DNA from: Nitrososphaeraceae archaeon
GTDB taxonomy: Archaea > Thermoproteota > Nitrososphaeria > Nitrososphaerales > Nitrososphaeraceae
Direction of reading: 5' to 3'
NCBI GenBank assembly: GCA_036555705.1
Contig: DATBKT010000014.1
Coordinates: 2,040-34,039 of the forward strand
Length of the DNA: 32,000 nt
In this document: positions 26,272 through 32,000 of the stretch, in pieces
Numbering within the stretch: position 1 is the stretch's first letter
Layout: each line of letters starts with the position of its first letter
Notes under the pieces: generated by a model
Databases searched by the model: none
What the model was told of the DNA's origin: nothing
Seen by the model: the letters and a program-made list of their open reading frames with translations, nothing else
Translations under genes and position numbers: made by a program

Positions 26272-27510
26272 TTACAAATAATATTGCTTATGAATATAGC
26301 ACCACTTCCAACATGTGGCTGATAATGCAGCTATCGCCACATGACCTGTTCGTTTAAAGTGTTCAAACGCATGATCTATCTTTGAACTTGCACAGGATAT
26401 ACGATTACATACTAAGCATTTGCGTAAAGATTTTGTTTCTCCGCATTCTTCACAAACAGAATTGTCAATATTAACATTGTTTAGTTGAACATTCGAAAAA
26501 TGCTCGCATGTTAGACGCATTGGTCTTTTAGGTAATTCTGTAGATATGTGATAAACTCCGTTACTACACTTTTCGCAATGTATTTCTGCAACATTCATCT
26601 TGTCTTCATAGATGAACCAATTCGTTTGTATGGGTATAGCATCCTCAAACCCACACTCATTGCAAACACCATAAAGAACTGTGAATGTAGGATCGCCTAT
26701 ATTCAATCGTCGTTTGAGATGCCATACTTCAGGAGGATATTGCTCAAATATTCTATTCTCTAGTTCTGATTTTATGTACGCTAACTGTGAATTTCGAGTC
26801 TGTTCATCTAAACTATAGAATAGTCGAGTCGAGATGTTGTGTAATTTTCTATTTAGTTCTTCATTAACGGAATATTTGGTATTTGGAATTGGAATTATCT
26901 CAATTGCTTTTAACACTGTTCTTATATTAGGGTCATTCTGCAAAATTGATTCTACTAGATCAAAGACAACATCTAATAATCCCTCTTGCTTGTATTGCTC
27001 ATAAAATTTTGATAGAAATTTTGCCTGATGAGAATTACATATCTGCAAGGTAGATTGAATAAGATCATATAGTGTAATGGTATGTTTACGATGTCCAGTA
27101 TCATTCCGTTCAAGTAAGAGTGAAATAAAGTAGCCATCTCCAGCAGTTAAATATAAAGGGATTTGTGCATTAACTTTCGTTGCTCTCACACTTCCTGAGG
27201 ACAATAATCCAAGTTGTATTAGATTATTAATTTTTGCCTCAAGACGATCTCTTATATTTGCAAAGCGTTTAATCTTGGGTATGTTCTTTTCAGATGAACG
27301 CATTTTATCAAGACCATATCTTTTAATCAATTCATCATTGTTTTCTAAAAACCAATAACCCACATCTGTGAGTTTAAATTCCATTTTTCCTGTTTTGATC
27401 GAATATTTCAACAAGTCCTGATAAAACAAAGCATCTTTTGTAAAAGAATTATTGTCGTCTTTTTCAAATATTGATTGAATAGATGGTATTTTCGAACCCG
27501 TTTTTCCCAT
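26272..27510 (-). CDS. Element-encoded protein with a C-terminal ZnF-UBP-type zinc finger preceded by a zinc ribbon; N-terminal region possibly winged-helix
   Basis: 412 aa. The last 60 aa are CEECGETKSLRKCLVCNRISCASSKIDHAFEHFKRTGHVAIAALSATCWKWCYIHKQYYL. This gives C-x2-C-x8-C-x2-C-x4-C-x6-H-x3-H-x5-H-x9-C-x3-C-x2-H, the spacing of ZnF-UBP domains (compare HDAC6 CQDCG..[21 protein letters not shown]..SGHPL....WCYYC). Upstream is a ribbon CNEC-x25-CEKC. Confidence 0.75.
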   Translation of the reverse strand: MGKTGSKIPSIQSIFEKDDNNSFTKDALFYQDLLKYSIKTGKMEFKLTDVGYWFLENNDELIKRYGLDKMRSSEKNIPKIKRFANIRDRLEAKINNLIQLGLLSSGSVRATKVNAQIPLYLTAGDGYFISLLLERNDTGHRKHTITLYDLIQSTLQICNSHQAKFLSKFYEQYKQEGLLDVVFDLVESILQNDPNIRTVLKAIEIIPIPNTKYSVNEELNRKLHNISTRLFYSLDEQTRNSQLAYIKSELENRIFEQYPPEVWHLKRRLNIGDPTFTVLYGVCNECGFEDAIPIQTNWFIYEDKMNVAEIHCEKCSNGVYHISTELPKRPMRLTCEHFSNVQLNNVNIDNSVCEECGETKSLRKCLVCNRISCASSKIDHAFEHFKRTGHVAIAALSATCWKWCYIHKQYYL

Positions 27511-27569
27511 ATAGGGTAGATACTAATACATGACTTTCATATAAGTCTATTTTCACTATACATAGTAGA

Positions 27570-27752
27570 ATGATACTATATAGCAAGAATTCACACATAG
27601 AAGTTAGAAAAGTGCAAGCACTCACAGGGGAAAGGAGTCTGACACTCGTTTTACCCAAGGTATTTGCAACGGAACTCGGGATAACAAAGGGAACGATATT
27701 GAAGTGCAAAATCGATGAAGGGCATTTGATAGTAGAGAAAGCTGAACTTTAA
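27570..27752 (+). CDS. AbrB/SpoVT (MazE-like swapped-hairpin) DNA-binding protein
   Basis: SLTLVLPKVFATELGITKGTILKCKIDEGHLIVEK fits the SpoVT-AbrB pattern (..vtIPk.....lgi..Gd.v.....dg.iii.k). An alternative GTG start at 27612 would give a 46-aa single-domain protein. Confidence 0.7.
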   Translation: MILYSKNSHIEVRKVQALTGERSLTLVLPKVFATELGITKGTILKCKIDEGHLIVEKAEL

Positions 27753-27935
27753 AAGAAAAAAGAAAGAAAAATGAGTCCAGTTAATAATATTCACGCTCAT
27801 TCTGATAAGTCTTTGCACTATCTGAATTCTAATAAATTTAGGTATAGAACTATGTCTAATCATCATAAGTCTATCGATATAATAATCGATTTATCACAGA
27901 CTTGTTTTCCAGGGTACGTAAGAAAGTGATAAGAG

Positions 27936-30488
27936 ATGTCGTCAGCGTATAGAGATATTGATATCAGTAAAGAGCTATTGCAGTGTGGTGTTACTAAACT
28001 AGGCAGAGAAAATACAAAAATCTCTATGGAATTTCATTTCCCAGCTCATGATGGTCAAGAAATTACCAGAATGGTCATCTTTAATTTAAAACAAGATGGA
28101 TTTTTGGCTACTGTGGAAGAATTTGACAGGCAAGCAAGAGGGGGATGGGGTCATAATAGAAGATTACCTTTGCCTTCAGACATAATTGAGAAAACTAAAA
28201 TAGTTTTTGCAAACAGTACGTATTATCCTAGGGCATTTGAGTATTATGAGCACGACATCGTAAATGAGGAACAACTACGACAAGAGCAGAGTGTTGTTTC
28301 ATTATCAGAACCGACAGAAGGTGTTCAGATGGTAGCAGCAAACGAGGAGGAGCAACGTAAAAAGGAACAGGCATACGCCTCGGCAATATCAGATCCCGAC
28401 TATGATGATGTAAAAAGGAACGAGCGCCTGACACCAATATCAGTAAGCAATGCTATCAGAAAAGATCCAGGCCGGTATTGCGTATATGGTATAATTGATA
28501 CTGTGAGGAAACCGTTCAAATTAATGACAGAGGTTGGTTTCATATGTAGAGATCAAAAATGCACAAGTTACGGTAATCCAAAGTGGCAGATTTTAGACAC
28601 ACCGATATTTTCACTTGACGATATGCCAATTGCATTCAAAGCCGAAAGAGTTGAAAACGGTAAAGTCAAGAAAAACGGACAGCAAAGGTATCTAGAACTT
28701 TTAAGATGTCCATACTGCCAACATACTAGATCAGTAATTCCAAGCAACCATGGACACTTTGATAATGCTAAAATAATTGAATTAAAAAAGTTGGACAGAA
28801 TCACCAAAGTTTCAACCATGATCGCTAATAACACTCTGAACATGGAACGTCTAACTGTTCTGGTAATGGATACTCATACATGGAGTGTCGGATTTGGTGA
28901 GGAGGTCGAAATCATTGGTGATTTGCATATAGTTGGTTCAATGATGTCATCATCTCGTTTTGGTATCGGTTCCAGAAGTGGTGGCGGCTCATCTGATAGT
29001 GGTAAAGCGTATCCAATATTTTATGCTGATCGAATAAATTATACAAAGCGCCACAGGGAGATCGATACTGAAGACTACAATCAACTGATCCGACTGGATG
29101 CTTTTAACAAGTTCGCGTCATATCCAAAACTAATAGAAAGACTGACTTCTATGATGTCTCCCCAAATATATGGGCACGACGATGTTAAACTGGGATTATT
29201 ATTACTTGCAGCAGGGGGTGCACCTATTCAGAAAGATAATCCCAACGTTAGATACTGGATCAATGCTGGACTGTTTGGAGACAAGGGCACCGGAAAGACA
29301 ACTATGGCAGAAGATGCTACCAAACTGATACTAGGAAGCCAGATAGTCTCTGGTCAGCATTCTACGGGTAAAGGAATTGTAGCAGTTGCTGAGAGAGAAA
29401 GTGGGAATGGAACAGGCGCTCTACTACGAGCAGGTGCAGCCACGTTAGCAAATGATGCTATTTGTTTCATAGATGAGTTTGGGACTATGAATTACGAAGA
29501 CCAGAATCAATTCCTGAGTCTTATGGAAAAAGGCTATTTAAATTTTAACAAGCTAGGTATACGACAGAGGATAGATGCAAAGACCAGTTTCATTGTGACT
29601 TCTAATCCAATAGGGGGAGTATGGCAGAATCCAGGCAAGATATCTAAAGGTGATATACCACTAAAGGCTCAGATAATTGACAGGATAGACTTGTTCTTTG
29701 TGTTCAGAGAGCCAAAGACCGATGAGGAGATAGACGCCTTTAAGGAACACAGAAAGAAATTAAGAAGGAAGCACTTTAAGCCGTATTCAATAAACAAGTA
29801 TACTGGCGAGAGAAAGTATCTCGAACAGGATTTTCCATTTCTTAGATATTATCTATACTATATTCGCACACAGAGCGGATTCCGACAGATTGAATTCGAA
29901 GAATCATATCTGGTGGATAGATTAGCAGATCTCTGGAGTGAAATAAAGAAAGCAAGTCCAGACCAGATGACTAGTAGAGGATTCGAATCCATTTACAGAA
30001 TTGCTGAAGCCTTTGCCAGGTTAATGTGTAAGGACGTCATAGATTTAGAAGTTGTAGAATGGACTATCAAATTTGTAATAGAGATGTATCGTAGGTATGG
30101 TGCACAAATAGCTGAAACACCAGATTACCGTACTATTACATATCTTGAAATTGCTAAGATAGTAAAAGCTCATGCCAAAAATATATTCTGGACAGATGAA
30201 CAGGATAACCAACTAGAAGATTTAACGGAGATTGCATTCACTGCAGCTTGTGAAGAGGCTGCATCCAAGAATGAAGTGGTTCGAAATTACTTGGGTGACG
30301 ACTTCAGAAGTAGCTCGAATAAAGCTGCAAGGCATTTGAGAGATATGTTTAGGGAGGAAAGAAGATATGAACATGGTAGAATAAAAGTTGTATCAAGTAA
30401 TAAACATGCAGAGTTCAAGCTAAGATGGGTTCCTATAAATGAAGAGCATACCGATAAGAATAACGAGTGTGACGGTGTGACCGTGTGA
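27936..30488 (+). CDS. mcm: MCM-family (AAA+) replicative helicase of a mobile element
   Basis: 850 aa. N-terminal OB/zinc region with CRDQKC ... CPYCQH. MCM box MSPQIYGHDDVKLGLLLLAAGG. Walker A GLFGDKGTGKTT. Walker B AICFIDEFGTM. Sensor-1 SFIVTSNP. Arg-finger block IIDRIDLFFVF (consensus LLSRFDLIF). C-terminal helical/wH-like tail. Confidence 0.9.
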   Translation: MSSAYRDIDISKELLQCGVTKLGRENTKISMEFHFPAHDGQEITRMVIFNLKQDGFLATVEEFDRQARGGWGHNRRLPLPSDIIEKTKIVFANSTYYPRAFEYYEHDIVNEEQLRQEQSVVSLSEPTEGVQMVAANEEEQRKKEQAYASAISDPDYDDVKRNERLTPISVSNAIRKDPGRYCVYGIIDTVRKPFKLMTEVGFICRDQKCTSYGNPKWQILDTPIFSLDDMPIAFKAERVENGKVKKNGQQRYLELLRCPYCQHTRSVIPSNHGHFDNAKIIELKKLDRITKVSTMIANNTLNMERLTVLVMDTHTWSVGFGEEVEIIGDLHIVGSMMSSSRFGIGSRSGGGSSDSGKAYPIFYADRINYTKRHREIDTEDYNQLIRLDAFNKFASYPKLIERLTSMMSPQIYGHDDVKLGLLLLAAGGAPIQKDNPNVRYWINAGLFGDKGTGKTTMAEDATKLILGSQIVSGQHSTGKGIVAVAERESGNGTGALLRAGAATLANDAICFIDEFGTMNYEDQNQFLSLMEKGYLNFNKLGIRQRIDAKTSFIVTSNPIGGVWQNPGKISKGDIPLKAQIIDRIDLFFVFREPKTDEEIDAFKEHRKKLRRKHFKPYSINKYTGERKYLEQDFPFLRYYLYYIRTQSGFRQIEFEESYLVDRLADLWSEIKKASPDQMTSRGFESIYRIAEAFARLMCKDVIDLEVVEWTIKFVIEMYRRYGAQIAETPDYRTITYLEIAKIVKAHAKNIFWTDEQDNQLEDLTEIAFTAACEEAASKNEVVRNYLGDDFRSSSNKAARHLRDMFREERRYEHGRIKVVSSNKHAEFKLRWVPINEEHTDKNNECDGVTV

Positions 30489-30611
30489 CTATGGTATTTG
30501 TTGATTATGAAGCAAAAAATAGTTCTGATTCTCAAGAGGGAAAGGGCAATAAACAAATATTTTCTGCTATAATAAGAAATGAACCCGGTCACACCGTCAC
30601 ACCGGTCACAC
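30467..30611. repeat. Inverted arrays of a GC-rich heptamer flanking an AT-rich ~100-bp spacer; candidate replication origin or iterons of the element
   Basis: GTGTGAC occurs at 30467, 30475 and 30483 (8-nt period). Its exact reverse complement GTCACAC occurs at 30588, 30596 and 30605. The longest exact inverted match is GACGGTGTGACC (30471-30482) with GGTCACACCGTC (30588-30599). The arrays straddle the MCM stop and PrimPol start. Confidence 0.6.
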
Positions 30612-31663
30612 CTATTTCTCTAGAACACTTCTGTATCAAAGGTCTAGACTTCGTCTTGAATCATTTCCGGAGTTCACTCTGGCCCAGAACTATATCTACC
30701 AAAGCCACGCAAGGAAAGCAGGTTATTGTAAATAGTAGATATCAAGCACTTACATACTTTAAAGCCGCTGGGTATCTGGATTGTAGGATATGTGCCTACC
30801 ATTATTGGAGACCATCAATAATATCGGACTTTGCAGATATCAAAAACCCAATAGTTCCTGACATAATAATGATTGATCTGGATACACACAATTTTAACTA
30901 CGAGCACATAGCAATCAAAGCCGCATTACGAAAGATACTTAAAAGAATCAAAAATCTTTTGAATCTAACTACACCTACAGTTATTTGGTCAGGAAATGGC
31001 TATCATATTTACATTCCAATAAATGTTCCAATAGTATTGGAAGATATAAAGGAGTTCATCAATATCGAACATGTCTCAACTAAATTCTTGAGATTTGCAG
31101 AATGGTATCTATCGTCTGGAATGTCTGACTCTGCACATAATAGCACTGTCTCATTGAATAACTGCATGTTAAGAATTCCTTATTCTTATAACTCTAAGAA
31201 CAACGCTCAAGTTAGGATAATCAAGAAGTGGGACGGCAATAGGTCTAATATCAGCCTGCTTGTTGGTAGTTTCTGTGCATATCTTACAGATAAGAGATTG
31301 AAGGAAGAAGATAGAAGACAACAACTAAAGTATAATTCCAGGAATTTTAGGGAAATGAGTAATAAAGGTGATATTCACTGGATAGAAACACTACTTCTAA
31401 CTCCAATCCATGATTATAGGAAATATGCAATTTGGCGCATCCTGGCACCATATCTGATTAATGTAAAAAGATTGTCTTACGAACAGGCATATAGTATTAT
31501 CAAGCAATGGCTGAAACAATGTAGCAATTTAAGAAGGCTTGATTTTCATCCCGATGTAAGGATAAGAGAAGGTTTGACTGGAGCGTCTCGTGGATACCCT
31601 CCTGTAAGTTATCAGAAATTAAGGGATGAAAATATTATGCTATATGAGACACTGTATACATAA
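30485..31663 (+). CDS. Archaeo-eukaryotic primase superfamily primase-polymerase (PrimPol) with PriCT-like C-terminal domain
   Basis: 392 aa. AEP motif I is IIMIDLDTH (DxD). Motif II is VIWSGNGYHIYIPI (sGxGxH). The motif III region is SDSAHNSTVSLNNCMLRIPYSYNSK. The C-terminal YRKYAIWRILAPYLINVKRLSYEQAYSIIKQWLKQC resembles PriCT. Start is GTG 30485, overlapping the MCM stop by 4 nt, or ATG 30491. Confidence 0.8.
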   Translation: MTMVFVDYEAKNSSDSQEGKGNKQIFSAIIRNEPGHTVTPVTPISLEHFCIKGLDFVLNHFRSSLWPRTISTKATQGKQVIVNSRYQALTYFKAAGYLDCRICAYHYWRPSIISDFADIKNPIVPDIIMIDLDTHNFNYEHIAIKAALRKILKRIKNLLNLTTPTVIWSGNGYHIYIPINVPIVLEDIKEFINIEHVSTKFLRFAEWYLSSGMSDSAHNSTVSLNNCMLRIPYSYNSKNNAQVRIIKKWDGNRSNISLLVGSFCAYLTDKRLKEEDRRQQLKYNSRNFREMSNKGDIHWIETLLLTPIHDYRKYAIWRILAPYLINVKRLSYEQAYSIIKQWLKQCSNLRRLDFHPDVRIREGLTGASRGYPPVSYQKLRDENIMLYETLYT

Positions 31664-31692
31664 ACTAATAAGGAGAAAATAAAAGAAACTGA

Positions 31693-31983
31693 CTAATTAA
31701 TCTGTGTTACTTCGACTTCTTCTTTATCCTCACTTTCCATGTCCTGTTGTTGCCTCTTTTTTCGCTTCTTGCTATTTACAAATAATTTTCTAGCTTCCTC
31801 AAGCAATTGCCTCTTTGTTTCTTCAGGTAATTCCTTGAACTTGTCATCACATTCGATTCCATGGGCCTGCATTGCATCTTCGATAAATGCAGTAAATTCT
31901 TCCCTGTTTTCAGGCAGCTCTTCCTCTGCAGTCAACATATAACTTGCTCTAAAAGTATCGTATGCTAACCTACTCATTTCCAT
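31693..31983 (-). CDS. Hypothetical acidic protein with a basic KKRKKR patch
   Basis: 96-aa ORF, highly charged (EEELPENREEF, SKKRKKRQQQ, ESEDKEEVEV). It is convergent with the PrimPol gene. No family recognised. Confidence 0.45.
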   Translation of the reverse strand: MEMSRLAYDTFRASYMLTAEEELPENREEFTAFIEDAMQAHGIECDDKFKELPEETKRQLLEEARKLFVNSKKRKKRQQQDMESEDKEEVEVTQIN

Positions 31984-32000
31984 GTCCTCTCTATCTTTTC

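Larger units (their letters stand above)
26272..32000. mobile_element. Cryptic integrated (or plasmid-like) element: replication module AbrB-MCM-PrimPol plus a divergent ZnF-UBP protein; truncated by the right window edge, left boundary undefined
   Basis: A stand-alone MCM plus AEP PrimPol plus small AbrB regulator is the hallmark gene set of archaeal plasmids and integrated elements. An origin-like inverted iteron array is present. The adjacent 3 kb (23.2-26.3 kb) is ORF-poor, with only small genes, including a C2H2 finger. No integrase or att repeat is visible in the window. Confidence 0.6.

Noticed and set aside
27464-27866. Minus-strand ORFs 27464..27709 and 27651..27866
   Set aside because: They run across the divergent promoter region and antisense to the AbrB-like gene. 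Their translations are hydrophobic or AT-biased with no motifs.
28228-28843. Minus-strand ORFs 28228..28437 and 28568..28843; also 30287..30592(-) and 31739..31942(+)
   Set aside because: These are antisense or alternative frames of the strongly supported MCM, PrimPol and 96-aa genes.
31734-31988. 12-nt direct repeat TTTCCATGTCCT at 31734-31745 and 31977-31988
   Set aside because: On the minus strand both copies read GGACATGGAAA and cover an ATG-GAA (Met-Glu): one at the start of the 96-aa ORF and one internal. It is intriguing, but a single 12-mer pair inside one small gene may be coincidence or a small internal duplication, and I can attach no function.
1-32000. Search for CRISPR arrays, rRNA, transposase/IS termini and integrase
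   Set aside because: I saw no regularly spaced direct repeats of 24-40 bp, no rRNA-like conserved blocks, no DDE or tyrosine-recombinase motifs in any listed ORF, and no terminal inverted repeats flanking an ORF.

Overview
The window is visibly AT-rich and looks archaeal. Supporting signs are TATA-like boxes a few tens of bp upstream of starts, frequent GTG/TTG starts and an MCM helicase. My best guess is a soil ammonia-oxidising thaumarchaeon (Nitrososphaerales-like), based on gene content only: CHRD proteins, a two-domain multicopper oxidase next to a ZIP permease, an F420-type flavin/deazaflavin oxidoreductase, and an MCM+PrimPol element.

Layout:
- 1-9 kb: exported and membrane proteins, including a ClC channel, a 6TM cation-channel homologue with a SHOCT tail, and a PQQ-dehydrogenase-like beta-propeller.
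- 9-10.6 kb: an ORF-poor gap.
- 10.6-20.7 kb: a redox/metal neighbourhood bracketed by two CHRD paralogues. It holds OsmC, two MDR alcohol dehydrogenases (one frameshifted), a GNAT, and a multicopper oxidase - ZIP transporter - decayed DtxR/MntR-type regulator unit. An iron-box-like operator pair sits on its promoter.
- 22-23.2 kb: a glycosyltransferase.
- 23.2-26.3 kb: an ORF-poor, AT-rich stretch with only small genes, one a C2H2 zinc-finger protein.
- 26.3 kb to the right edge: the replication module of a cryptic mobile element. It comprises an AbrB-like regulator, an MCM-family helicase and an AEP primase-polymerase. Inverted GC-rich heptamer arrays (origin-like) lie at the MCM/PrimPol junction, and a divergently transcribed 412-aa protein ends in a eukaryote-type ZnF-UBP zinc finger.

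I found no rRNA, convincing tRNA, CRISPR array, integrase or capsid gene. All family assignments are motif recognition by eye on the supplied translations; no database search was run.
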